A DNA stretch of 64,000 nucleotides from an uncultured Verrucomicrobiae bacterium. Its GTDB lineage: Bacteria > Verrucomicrobiota > Verrucomicrobiia > Chthoniobacterales > UBA10450. The notes under the pieces were generated by a model, which was not told the DNA's origin, did no database searches, and worked only from the letters and a program-made list of their open reading frames with translations. The DNA lies in contig CAVYXA010000001.1 in the NCBI GenBank assembly GCA_963772365.1, forward strand, positions 1,376,001 to 1,440,000, written 5' to 3'. The translations under genes and the position numbers were made by a program. Shown here one piece after another: positions 21,301-31,031 of the stretch; within the stretch, counting starts at the first letter, position 1; each line of letters begins with the position of its first letter.

Positions 21301-21549
21301 CTCGTCACTGGCGCCGGCGCGGCTGCGCGAAACTCCATCGGTTTAGTTCTGGTTGGCGGAATGACGATTGGAACCATTTTCACGCTGTTTATCGTGCCGT
21401 GCCTCTACATGCTGTTGGCAAAAGAGCATCACGAGAAATCGTTAATGGATGCCGATGGCGAAGATCTCGAGGAAGATGTCGATGTTACGCGCGAGCTTGC
21501 GCCAGCCATGGCGCCCGACGGAAACGGCAACGGCTGGAAAAAAATGTAG
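18373..21549 (+). CDS. RND efflux transporter permease (AcrB/MexW-like)
   Basis: 1058 aa; FIKRPVLA, GLVVDDAIVVVEN, SKNGILIV, RLRPIMMT. Confidence 0.96.
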   Translation: MKSFTDLFIKRPVLAIVVSLVILIAGLQAIKTINVRQYPRSDIASITVTTVYVGADAELVRGFITTPIERAIAAADGIDYIQSQSTQGLSTITARLKLNYDANKALSDISSRVTAIRNNLPPESQIPVIAIQAADSQFASAYLSFTSNILQPNEVTDYLVRLVQPRLTAVSGVQKADILGGRTFAMRIWMKPDRMAALNISPSDVRSALSKNNFLAAVGSTKGSLLQVNLTANTDLHTADQFKQLVVKQDKDTLVRLGDIADVVLGAEDYNTEVRFSGQKAVFMGIWVLPNANSVEVVKNVRAELDQIKKELPTGMQAEMAYDATAYINDAIHEVVKTLIDTLLIVMLVIFLFLGSLRSVIVPVVAIPISLIGALFLMQVFGFTLNLLTLLAIVLSVGLVVDDAIVVVENVERHIAEGMSRMQAALVGARELIGPIIAMTITLAAVYTPIALQGGLTGALFREFALTLAGAVFISGVVALVLSPMMSSYLLPPHHIEHGFKGWVDRTFDRFRDWYGNHLDRTLQARRAAYIIWGGISALAILMFLAIPKVATKELAPKEDQGVIFGIMTAPANATIDDTIRYADAAGKIFKDIPDTRFTFQITNPSGGFGGMVLKPWGTRTTPTKDYLPIVQKKLAAIPAIQMFPIMPEALPGSDNFPVSFVIASTADQERILEFAKQIFQKAMQAHVFQFGDIDTKIDQPQAQIVLDHDKISTMGLSMQQIGADLSASIGGNYVNWFNMEGLSYKVIPQIKRVDRLNPEQLKNIYVTGPDNHLIPLSTIAHIKHRTVARSLNRMQQLNAVTISGVPAGSVDSTLKFLENEAHNILPAGYVIDYTGGSRQLRLEGNNFASVFLLAIVLIFLVLAAQFNSFRDPLIILLGSVPLAMFGAAIFMFLKMPFGQFFTDHFTTSFNIYSQVGLVTLVGLVSKNGILIVQFANELQRGGMTKIVAVAQAARIRLRPIMMTSVATVAGHFPLTLVTGAGAAARNSIGLVLVGGMTIGTIFTLFIVPCLYMLLAKEHHEKSLMDADGEDLEEDVDVTRELAPAMAPDGNGNGWKKM

Positions 21550-21565
21550 GGATGCGGTGAACCGC

Positions 21566-22381
21566 ATGGCCGCACCTGCGACCAACAAATCAGCGGGACC
21601 AGGTTCCGCGATAACCGCGCCGCCGGAACGTGCTGACGAAATCTTTCTGGAAGGCCCGCGGTCGCGGTTTGCTGAAACCGTCACTTTGTTCCGGGTGATG
21701 CGCGATTTTGTTCGCGGATTTCGAGTGCTTCACTTCGTTGGGCCGTGCGTAACGGTTTTTGGTTCGGCTCGAATTCAGCCGGAAGATCCTGCTTACGAGC
21801 TCGCCCGCAAAATGGGAGCGGCCATTGCCCGCCTCGGTTTTACCGTCATGACCGGAGGAGGCCCGGGAATTATGGAAGCGGCGAATCGCGGCGCGAAAGA
21901 AGTCGGTGGCCGTTCCGTAGGCTGCAATATTGAACTACCGTTCGAGCAAGGATCGAACGATTACCTCGATCGCTGTGTTCGGCTGCATTACTTCTTCGTC
22001 CGCAAGGCGCTGCTCGTAAAATATTCGTACGCGTTCGTTGTCATGCAGGGCGGAGCAGGGACCACCGACGAGCTTTCCGAAGCGCTCACTCTCATCCAAA
22101 CCGGCAAGATCAAGAACTTTCCCATCGTTCTCATGGGAACGGATTACTGGAGTGACCTGCTGGCCATGATCAGGAAAATGGCGGATACGAGGATGATCGA
22201 CAGTAATGATTTGAATTTACTCTACGCGACCGATTCAGTGGAAGAGGCAATCGAGCACATTCGCAGCAAAACCATCGAACCATTCGGACTCAAACGAGTC
22301 ATGCGGGCCCGTCGAACTTTTCCCTGGCTCGGCGAACGCGCGTTGGAGAACAACGCGGCATCCGAGCTCGCAGAGCCGTGA
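21566..22381 (+). CDS. LOG family protein (TIGR00730)
   Basis: VTVFGSAR, TGGGPGIMEAANRGA, YFFVRK, GGAGTTDE. Confidence 0.92.
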   Translation: MAAPATNKSAGPGSAITAPPERADEIFLEGPRSRFAETVTLFRVMRDFVRGFRVLHFVGPCVTVFGSARIQPEDPAYELARKMGAAIARLGFTVMTGGGPGIMEAANRGAKEVGGRSVGCNIELPFEQGSNDYLDRCVRLHYFFVRKALLVKYSYAFVVMQGGAGTTDELSEALTLIQTGKIKNFPIVLMGTDYWSDLLAMIRKMADTRMIDSNDLNLLYATDSVEEAIEHIRSKTIEPFGLKRVMRARRTFPWLGERALENNAASELAEP

Positions 22382-22396
22382 AAGTCGGCATCAATC

Positions 22397-23250
22397 TCAC
22401 TTGAGACCGAAGCTTGGAAGAATGCTTTTCTCCATTGCCTCCGAAAACGTGGGATAGCGTGGAACCCAACCGAGCTTTCGCAATTTGGAATTGCTGATCC
22501 GTTTGTTGCTATCACCGCGCTTCCGGGGCGGCGTCGATCCTGCAATCGGCGGGAGCGGCCGATTGAGTTTCCCGGCCAGCCAACGATAGACCTCGCTCCG
22601 CAAAATTGGTTTATCGTCAACTACATTATAAATCTCGCCTGCCGGAGCAGGGCGATCGATCAACAGAAAAAGCGCCGTGGCGATATCATCGCGATGGACT
22701 TGGTTCACGAAACGATCATTCTCAAGATCAATGACTGCTTCCCCTGCGAGAAACTTCTGCAGCATCGCCGCGCGCCTCGGTCCATAGATTCCCGCCAGCC
22801 GCGCGACGATCCCGCCGCTTTTCCGACCGTATTTTCCGTTTCGAGAAGAATCCGGCTCGTTTCAGCCGCGGGTTTTGTCTCGCTTTCCTCCGTTACCCAC
22901 GATCCATCGCGCTGGGCATAAACGCTCGTGCTGCTGGTAAAAAGAATTGTCGATCCTGCGTAGCGATCACAAAGGTTGCGCGCGCCTTCGAGATAAGTTC
23001 GGCGGTAAAGATCGACATTGCCGCCACGCGTGCTCGGGCAATGAATCACAAAATCGAAACTCTCCGGCCGCTGCCCAATTTCGCGAGCGTTTCCCACATC
23101 GACCGCGATTACGGGATACGGTTTTTCGGACAGACTAGCAGCAGATTCATCGGATCGCGTCCAGCCTTGCACTTCCCAGCCGGCCGCATGAAACAGATCG
23201 GCTGTGGCCGTTCCTACATAACCGCACCCAGCGATCAGAATTCGCGGCAT
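22397..23250 (-). CDS. NAD-dependent epimerase/dehydratase (SDR), frameshifted
   Basis: ILIAGCGYVG, FTSSTSVY, then VNQVHRDDIA, YNVVDD, KRISNSKL, LGWVPRYP in another frame. Confidence 0.88.
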
Positions 23251-23263
23251 CGATTGTCGATCC

Positions 23264-23989
23264 TCACGCCGCAGCCGGGGCGATTTCAATTTCATCGAAG
23301 ACACTTTTTTGAATTGCCCGGACCTGCTTCAAACGAATCAATTCGAGCAATGCCAGAAAAGTGACTACTACTTCGAGGCGCGACGCGACGGATTCGAACA
23401 ACGCTGAGAACGATAGCGGTGCACCGCCGCTGATTCGCTGCAGGATGACTTCAATTTTATCCGAGACACTGAAATGTTCGCCGAAAATTTCCGTCAGGTT
23501 CTCTCTTTCTTCCACGCGCTTGATCACGTTTTGAAATGCGTTGATCAATTGAAAAATTCCAACCTCCGCGAGACGAAGCGGTCCGCTCTCGATTTCCAAA
23601 ACCCCGCTCTCGCGTGTGAAAATACGCTCCTGCTCGAGCTCGCGCAGGTGTAACTGTCCGGCTGCCTCTTTGAACTTCTTGTATTCGATCAACTGACGGA
23701 TCAAATCCCAGCGCGGATCGTCCTCCTCGGCTTCTTCATCGGGTGGCTGTTGATCGAGCGGGAGAAGACTGCGGCTCTTCAGGTAAATCAAATTTGCAGC
23801 CATTACGATGAACTCGCCGGCCAGATCGATGTTTAATTCCTTGAAAGCCTGAAGGTATTCAAGGTATTGCCGGGTAAGCCGTTCCAGCGAGATATCGTAG
23901 ATGTCGATCTCGTCGCGTTTGATGAGGTAGAGCAACAGATCGAGAGGTCCTTCGAAAATCTCGAGCTTAACCTTGTAATCAGTTTCCAT
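23264..23989 (-). CDS. scpA: Segregation/condensation protein A
   Basis: FEGPLDLLLYLI, AGEFIVMAANLIYLKSR, VTFLALLEL. Confidence 0.96.
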   Translation of the reverse strand: METDYKVKLEIFEGPLDLLLYLIKRDEIDIYDISLERLTRQYLEYLQAFKELNIDLAGEFIVMAANLIYLKSRSLLPLDQQPPDEEAEEDDPRWDLIRQLIEYKKFKEAAGQLHLRELEQERIFTRESGVLEIESGPLRLAEVGIFQLINAFQNVIKRVEERENLTEIFGEHFSVSDKIEVILQRISGGAPLSFSALFESVASRLEVVVTFLALLELIRLKQVRAIQKSVFDEIEIAPAAA

Positions 23990-24049
23990 TCTTCGCGACC
24001 GACTTTAGGCAAGCGCGCGCCAATGTCGATCTTACAGCGCGCAGGAAAC

Positions 24050-25162
24050 TCAGGCCGCGACTTTGCGATGGACCCAGACGCTATTCACGATACCGAGCCC
24101 GAACATGATCATCAGAACAAACGAACCGCTATAACTGATCAGCGGCAATGGCACGCCCGTGATGGGCAAAAGCGCGATGGTCATTCCGACGTTTTGGAAG
24201 ATGTGTGTGAAAACCAGCGCAGTGGTCCCGACAACGAGGAGCAAGCCGAATTGATCGCCTGCGAAAAAGGCAACAAAGAGACAAGTCAGTAATAGTAGGG
24301 CGAAGGCCGCGATCAGAAACATTCCACCCACAAATCCCCATTGCTCGCCAATGGCTGAAAAAATGTAGTCGTTATGCACAGCTGTGGAGGGCAGAAAACC
24401 GAGCTCGATCTGCGTATTGGGCGCCTTAAACCCTTTGCCGGACCATCCGCCAGACCCGATGGCGATGAGGGATTGATTGATTGCCCAGGCTGATCCCTGC
24501 TTGTCGATGTCAGGATTAATGAATGCCGTGATCCGCTGGTATTGGTACGGCTTGAGTCCGAGGTGAATTGCGATTGGCACAAAAGCGATGCCGATCAGGA
24601 TCACGCAAATCAAGTAGCGCAGCGGCAGGCCGGCAACGAACAGCAGGGCTAAAAGCACCGGCGCCCAAATAATGACCTCGCCCAGATCGGGCTGGAGCAG
24701 GATCAAAAGACACGGCGCGCCCGCGATTGCGCCGCAAACCAGGAGTCGCAACATCGGATGCATGTCCCGGAACTGACTCAAGAACAACGCCAGCACCATG
24801 ATGCCGGCGATAACCGCGAGCTGCGCTGGCTGAAAATTGATCGGACCCAAATGAAGCCAACTGCGCGCACCGTACACCTTGGTGCCCATAATCTTGGTCA
24901 GGATTAGGAAGGTGATGCCCGCCAGATACATGGGCAAGGCTCCCCAGCGAATCCAATGGTAGTCGATCAAGCTGGCCACCATGAAGGCGAAGAAACCGAC
25001 CAAAACCCAGTTGGCCTGCTTGCGCCAGAAATCTGCTGTCACCGGGTCCTGGCGCATGTAAGTCGCGCTGTAGATGGCAATAACGCCGAAAATAGCGAGA
25101 GCCATCATCGTCAGGAGGAGTAGCCAGTTGAGCCCGAGCAACTTTCGAAGGAATGGCGTCAT
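24050..25162 (-). CDS. rodA: SEDS family peptidoglycan glycosyltransferase (RodA/FtsW)
   Basis: GARSW, FQPAQ, QPDLG, AIGSGG, HNDYIFS, PITGVPLPLISY. Confidence 0.85.
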   Translation of the reverse strand: MTPFLRKLLGLNWLLLLTMMALAIFGVIAIYSATYMRQDPVTADFWRKQANWVLVGFFAFMVASLIDYHWIRWGALPMYLAGITFLILTKIMGTKVYGARSWLHLGPINFQPAQLAVIAGIMVLALFLSQFRDMHPMLRLLVCGAIAGAPCLLILLQPDLGEVIIWAPVLLALLFVAGLPLRYLICVILIGIAFVPIAIHLGLKPYQYQRITAFINPDIDKQGSAWAINQSLIAIGSGGWSGKGFKAPNTQIELGFLPSTAVHNDYIFSAIGEQWGFVGGMFLIAAFALLLLTCLFVAFFAGDQFGLLLVVGTTALVFTHIFQNVGMTIALLPITGVPLPLISYSGSFVLMIMFGLGIVNSVWVHRKVAA

Positions 25163-25398
25163 GTCGATCTAATTTCGGGCTAAGTCATCCGAGGTTTTGA
25201 GAAGATTACACGGGGATTACGGCTTTCGCAAAGCAAGTCGCGGCGATTAAGGGTCTAAATCAGCTCTACAATACAAGTCGCTGTCCTGTAAGCCCTTATA
25301 AAAATAAGCTGCAAAATTCACGGCTTTTGTTGTCAGTCTTTCAAAGCCTATTTAAAATATGCCGAGCAGTTCAACTCGGATCTTACCTAACCGAAGTC

Positions 25399-25851
25399 AT
25401 GGCCAAAAAAACCAAACGCAAGATCGCCTATTCAAGACTACCGATTCAACGCCATTTGAATCTTCAGCACGAAGGAAAGCATTTCGATCTTCGCCGGATC
25501 TTCGATGATTTGAATCAAACCTATTTTCGCCGCCGACTTCGCGGCTACAAGGTCGTTTGGGGACGCCGACGAAAAGAGCGACCGCGAGAATATTTTGTTT
25601 TCGGTACCGTCCAGGAAGAGGATCGCGTGATCCGAATCAATCCACTACTCGATCAGGCTTTTGTGCCGACCTGGTTTCTTCGCTATGTCTTGTACCATGA
25701 AATGCTGCATTCGGTAGTGCCAGATGAGCCTGGCCCAAACGGACGACGGAGAGTTCACACCGAAGAATTTAATCGGCGAGAGCGGCGGTTCCGCGGTTAC
25801 TCGCGTGCGCGGAAATGGGAAGAAGACAATCTCGCGCGTTTCCTGCGCTGA
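25399..25851 (+). CDS. SprT-like zinc metalloprotease
   Basis: IRINPLLD, YVLYHEMLH (HExxH), downstream HTEEF. Confidence 0.75.
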   Translation: MAKKTKRKIAYSRLPIQRHLNLQHEGKHFDLRRIFDDLNQTYFRRRLRGYKVVWGRRRKERPREYFVFGTVQEEDRVIRINPLLDQAFVPTWFLRYVLYHEMLHSVVPDEPGPNGRRRVHTEEFNRRERRFRGYSRARKWEEDNLARFLR

Positions 25852-25863
25852 AGGCAAGCCGAT

Positions 25864-26019
25864 TCAGCGCGTTTCAGCTGCCGGAGCGGACCTCATCTCA
25901 TACCGCGAGGGCGTCGTCGCTACGTTCTTTTTGATGAGGTACCAGAGCATTGTCGCGAGCAGGAGCGAGATCAACTTCGCCCGCCAGTTGTTGAGTATCA
26001 GCTTCTTCAGTCTCTTCAT
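25864..26019 (-). CDS. Short single-TM protein resembling the N terminus of CdaR/YbbR
   Basis: MKRLKKLILNNWRAKLISLLLATMLWYLI; overlaps the 3' end of cdaA. Confidence 0.5.
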   Translation of the reverse strand: MKRLKKLILNNWRAKLISLLLATMLWYLIKKNVATTPSRYEMRSAPAAETR

Positions 26020-26783
26020 AATCGCGATGCAATAAAAGTTCGGCAATGCGTTGACGGAATGTTTCCGGAGTAAAGTTGCGCTCGATCCGCCGCCGGTGGC
26101 AAATGGAAATGCTGCCGTTTTCTTCAGAAACAACGATTGCGATGGCGTCCGATTCTTCCGTGATCCCAAGCCCTGCGCGATGGCGCAGACCCAAGCTTCG
26201 ATCCAGAGTTTCGCGTTGACTAACCGGAAAAATGCAAGCCGCGGCCGCGATTCGACCGTTACGTATGATCACGCCGCCGTCATGCAAGGCGGCCTTGGGA
26301 TGAAAGATCGACAAGATTAACTCCACGGAGAACTCTCCGTCGATGGTGACCCCTGTTTCTTCGTAAACACGGATCGAAGTATCGCGTTCAATGGCGATGA
26401 GCGCGCCAAATTGCTTGTTGGCCAGTTGCGTTACTGCCTCAGCCAAATCATGGACAGTTTCCCGTTTCTCGCTGGTCAGGGAAAAAATCGGGATGCCCGC
26501 CCAACTCGGCCAGCGCTCGTCGAAGTTCCGGTTGAAAAATCACGACCAGTGCCACGGCGAGAAACACGGAAAAACTCCGGATGATCCAGCCGATTACGAC
26601 GAAATTCAGCAATGTCGAGATCAGGGTCAGAGTGAGAAAAACGATGGCCAGCCCGGTCAAAACTTTGGCTCCGCGGGTTCCGCGAAAATAAAGATAGCCA
26701 TAATAGATCACGACCGTCAGCAGCAGAATCTCAAACAAGCTGCGCCAGCCTCTGAGCCAAAGATGAAGTAGTTGATCGATCAT
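25898..26783 (-). CDS. cdaA: Diadenylate cyclase CdaA/DacA (frameshift near 26450-26500)
   Basis: Three TMs, IFQPELRRAL, GALIAIER, LHDGGVII, GLRHRAGLG, VSEENG. Confidence 0.9.
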
Positions 26784-27650
26784 TTCCCCATATCCAAAAT
26801 TGATTCGGCAATCCGCAACGCGTTCACGTTTTCCTTCACATCATGCACCCGAAATATATTCGCACCGCGCGCACACAAAAGCGAAGTCAATGCCGCCGTC
26901 GGCGCGAGCCGTTCGTTCATGTCCTCCGAACCGATCAGCTTCGCCAGAAAACATTTCCTCGAAACGCCGACTACGATCGGGCGATCATGCACCCGAAGTG
27001 CCTCGAGGTTTTGCGAGCAACGCCAGATTATGGGCAAGCGTTTTACCGAAACCGATTCCCGGATCAAACGCGATGGCCATGGGATCAATATTGCACTTTA
27101 GGGCGCGCTCATATTGTTGTCGAAAAAAATCCGCTACATCTGCGACAACATCGACATAATGCGGCGCGATTTGCATCATGCGGGGATTCCCCTGCATATG
27201 CATGATTATGAACGCCGACTTTGGTCTCGCGCGACAAGCTGCATCATCTCCGTGTCCCCTCGCCCACCAGTGACATCATTGACAATTACGGCGCCTGCTT
27301 CAATCGCCGCGCGGGCGACTTCTGCTTTCGAAGTGTCGATGGAAATGAACTTCGTTGAACGTTGAGCGTTGATTTTTCCGCTCAAGCCTTCGACCACCGG
27401 AATTACACGTCGAAGTTCTTCTTCGGCACCGACCGACTCCGCGCCCGGTCGCGTCGATTCGCCGCCGATGTCGATGATATCCGCGCCTTCCTCTGCCAAT
27501 GTCAGCCCACGCTTGATTGCATTTTCTGGAGCAAAATGTTCGCCACCATCAGAAAAGGAATCGGGCGTCACATTGACCACGCCCATGATCAACCCACGCT
27601 GCGCATAGATCAACCATGCCGTCGCCGATTCTCCAAAGGATTTCGCGCAT
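26780..27650 (-). CDS. folP: Dihydropteroate synthase (several frameshifts)
   Basis: IMGVVNVTPDSFSDGG, IGGESTRPG, SIDT, MHMQG, DPGIGFGK, GVSRK, RVHDV. Confidence 0.93.
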
Positions 27651-27716
27651 CAAAGATCGAGACTAACACACAGACTGTCTTATTCGACGCCCGAAAGGCG
27701 ATGCAATCCGCGTCTT

Positions 27717-27765
27717 TGTAGGGCAACCGCATCGGTTGCCCGGCAGGCGAAGCGCCTGCCCTACA
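27717..27765. repeat. GTAG-type REP doublet, intergenic
   Basis: TGTAGGGCAACCGCATCGGTTGCCC GGCAGGCGAAGCGCCTGCCCTACA. Confidence 0.85.
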
Positions 27766-27774
27766 AACCGGCGT

Positions 27775-28296
27775 TCATTTCTTTGAATAGCGGCCCATCA
27801 GTTGCCCTTCGCCGATTACGTGGCCCTTGATCGCAGCATCGACATCTTTCCGTTTCGCGCCGGAGCGGGAGATCGAGCGTTTTATCGAGCGCGAAAATCT
27901 TAAAGTAATAGCGGTGTGTGCCGGACGGTGGCTGAGGGCCGTCGTAGCCTTGTCCCGGATAATCGTTAGTCCCTTCCACCGCGCCTTTCGGCGCACTATC
28001 TTCGACAATCTCGGTCGTCTTCGGATCGATGTTCCAAACCAGCCAATGGGTAAACAGCCGACCGGCGCATCGGGATCATCGACGAATCAGAGCGCAGGCT
28101 TTTGCGTTCGGCTGGCATGCCTTCGATCCGCAACGGCGGATTCACGATTTTGCGCCGTTCTTGCTGTACTTCTCCGGAATAGTTCCTCCTTCTTGAAATG
28201 CCGAACTCGTAATTTTCATTTTTGCACCTCCGGCTCCGAAGAGTTCCGATTGCGGCCAAAGCGATGGCCAATCCTGCCGATCATCTTAGTATTCAT
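27775..28296 (-). CDS. YbhB/YbcL (PEBP/Raf kinase inhibitor-like) protein, frameshifted
   Basis: NPPL, DPDAP, HWLVWN, GYDGPQPPSGTHRYYFKIFALD, GQLMGRY in several frames. Confidence 0.85.
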
Positions 28297-28352
28297 AGTC
28301 GATTGGAAATCTCGTTACATCGACAATTATCGGACAATATGCTTTCGATTGG

Positions 28353-30512
28353 ATGACCAAAAACGGACGTAATATTGCGACAACAAATTCTCGGCGTTGC
28401 TGGCGCGCAAGGATTATCAGCCGCTCGAACAAAAGGGAGTAGCTCGAAGACGCTGTCAAGTCGGGCGCGAGGCTTGAACAAGGTCCTGCGCGAGCTCGAG
28501 CGTTCCGGCGAAATCGCGCGGATCCGCAAGAATCGTTACGTGTTGCCGGCGGAGGCCGATCTTGTGACCGGGAAATTGTCGATTCACCAGGCGGGTTACG
28601 GTTTTCTGGTCACGGATAGACCTGGCGAACCAGACATCTTCGTCGCCGCGGCAAAATACGGGCACCGCGATGCATGGCGATCGCGTGGTAGTGCGCGTCA
28701 CTCCAGACGAAGCATATTGCGCGAACGCGGCAAGATCGATCCACCTCTGCTGCGCTTCGGCGCGAGGGACGGGTGATTCGCATCCTGGAGCGGGCCCACG
28801 ACACCATCGTTGGCACGCTTCAGCATTCGCGAAAGTTTTATTACGTCGTTCCCGGATGATCCGCGACTGGTCCACGACGTCTATGTTCAAGCGCCGAGCG
28901 GCAGAGCGGGCGACAAAGTCGTGGTTCGTCTGGAGGCCTGGGAATCGCGCCACGTTAATCCCGAGGGCGAGATCATCGAGGTGCTCGGTCCCGCATCCGC
29001 GCCGGGGGTGGACATGCTGTCGATCATCCGGAAATATCATTTGCCCACTGAATTTCCGAAGGCGGTGCTTGACGAGGCCAGCCGCATTCCGGAAATAATC
29101 GCTCCGGGTTCGCTCCAGGGGCGCGAGGATTTGCGACAGAAATTCATCGTCACGATCGATCCCGACGATGCCCGAGATTTCGATGACGCCATTCACGTCG
29201 AGAAGATCGACAATGGCGGCTGGATGCTCGGCGTCCACATCGCCGATGTGGCCGCTTACGTTGAACCAGGCAGCGAGCTTGACCGCGAAGCGCGTTGGCG
29301 CGGCAACAGCGTTTATCTGCCGGACCGAGTCATGCCAATGTTACCTGAGCGTCTGAGCAATGGCGTTTGCAGTCTTAAGCCGGGGTCGATCGACTGACCC
29401 ATTCTGTATTCATTCAAGTCGATGCCCGAGGTGCTCCGAGGAAGACGCGGTTTACCAAGAGCGTGATCCGCAGCGCTCATCGCCTCACTTACAAGCAAGC
29501 CCTACGCAATTTTGAAATCGTCACCGCGCGATAAATTGGGCAAAAGGCTCCATCGCGCCTGGGAACTTGCTTCGCTATTGCGACGAAAACGATTTCAGCA
29601 CGGCTCGCTCGATCTTGATTTTCCTGAGGTAAAGGTGCGTTTGGATGAGAATGGGAAGACCAGTCGCGTTGGAGCGGATCGAAAATGATGAATCGCACCA
29701 GTTGATTGAGGAATTCATGCTGGCGGCGAATGAAGCCGTCGCGCGCGAGCTGAAAAACCGACGCCATCCCTACGATCTATCGCGTTCACGAAAATCCCGA
29801 TCCGGAAAAATTGGCCGAATATCGCGAGTTTGTGCTCAGCTTTGATTACAAAGTTGGCGATCTGACCAACCGCGAAGAATTACAGCGGCTGATCGCCTCG
29901 TTTCAAGGCAAGCCGGAAGAGCAAGCCTTGAAAGTCGGGCTGCTCAAAAGCTTGAAACGCGCCCGTTACCTTCCCCAGCCCCTCGGCCATTATGGATTGG
30001 CGAAGACCAACTATGCACATTTTACCAGCCCGATTCGCCGTTATGCCGATCTGGTGGTGCATCGCGGATTGGCCGAGCTTGAATTCAGGACGACGATCGC
30101 GCAGCGATATGGGCGAGCTGGCATCGATCGCCGAGCACATTTCGGATACCGAACGCAATGCCGCCGATGCAGAAATTGAAGCTCTCCGAATGAAGAAGCT
30201 CGAATTCTTTCAACGGCAACTGGACGAGCGCCATCCGCAAATTTTTCAGGCGAGCATTGTCGACGTTCGCAATTACGGACTTAATGGTCGAAGTTGCCGG
30301 ACGCGTTGATCACGGGTTTGATCCACGTCTCATCTCTTACGGATGATTTTTATTCATTCGATCCCACGCAACGGCGGCTTATTGGCCGGCGATCTCGGAA
30401 ACGTTTCAAAGTCGGCGACGAGGTTCGTGTTTTTGTTGCCCGGGTGGATACTTTCAAACGTCAGGTCGATTTTGCCCTGGCCGGTGAGCCGAAGCGGCAG
30501 CGCAAGCGATAA
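28353..30512 (+). CDS. rnr: Ribonuclease R (many frameshifts)
   Basis: [60 protein letters not shown]-terminal S1 domain. Confidence 0.93.
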
Positions 30513-30661
30513 ACCAAAGCCTTTCCAAGCGCGGGAAGCACTTTTAACGCAAACCGCAGCAGAACGATTCCGACCGAAGAAGTTGTGAATAATTTAGACG
30601 AAAAATTTTCTTCCATTTTATTGCCCGGTGGTCACCCTAAACTCCACGGTTCGTTCAGAAA

Positions 30662-30871
30662 ATGGATAACATCATCGAGGCAAAAGAACTACAAATCGAG
30701 CGCAAACATTTCTATGTAGAGTTCCGCGAGAACGATCGCGGGAGGTTTTTGCGGATCACCGAGGAAGCTCACGGCCGCCGCAATACGATCATCGTGCCCA
30801 GCACAGGCGTGGATGAGTTCACCGCGGCCATAGACGAAGTGCTCGAGGGCGTCGAAATCGCGCCGGCATAA
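30662..30871 (+). CDS. PUR-family (DUF3276-like) nucleic-acid-binding protein
   Basis: KHFYVEFRENDRGRFLRITE...RNTIIVP pattern. Confidence 0.8.
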   Translation: MDNIIEAKELQIERKHFYVEFRENDRGRFLRITEEAHGRRNTIIVPSTGVDEFTAAIDEVLEGVEIAPA

Positions 30872-30927
30872 GGCTCAGGTCGCAAGACTTGAACCTGGCG
30901 CGGGGCTTTCACTGCGTCGCATTTTTT
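30871..30927 (+). terminator. Possible terminator: tandem hairpins followed by a U-tract
   Basis: AGGCTCAGGTC-GCAA-GACTTGAACCT stem-loop, a second GC-rich imperfect stem, then TTTTTT. Confidence 0.35.
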
Positions 30928-30965
30928 CGGCGGTGACTCGTCTAAAGAACGCAGCCGCCGTTTCG

Positions 30966-30993
30966 TTGACACTCCCACGTGCGGAATTAGTTT
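30966..30993 (+). promoter_or_regulatory. Candidate sigma70 promoter of ppdK
   Basis: TTGACA-N16-TAGTTT about 40 bp upstream of the start codon. Confidence 0.4.
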
Positions 30994-31031
30994 GCGACTC
31001 CGCTCCATCAGCAATTTAACTCCCCTCATCT

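Noticed and set aside
28738..28775. Possible repeat-derived insert in rnr (CCACCTCTGCTGCGCTTCGGCGCG)
   Set aside because: There is no second copy in the window and the region is frameshift-rich, so it cannot be supported.
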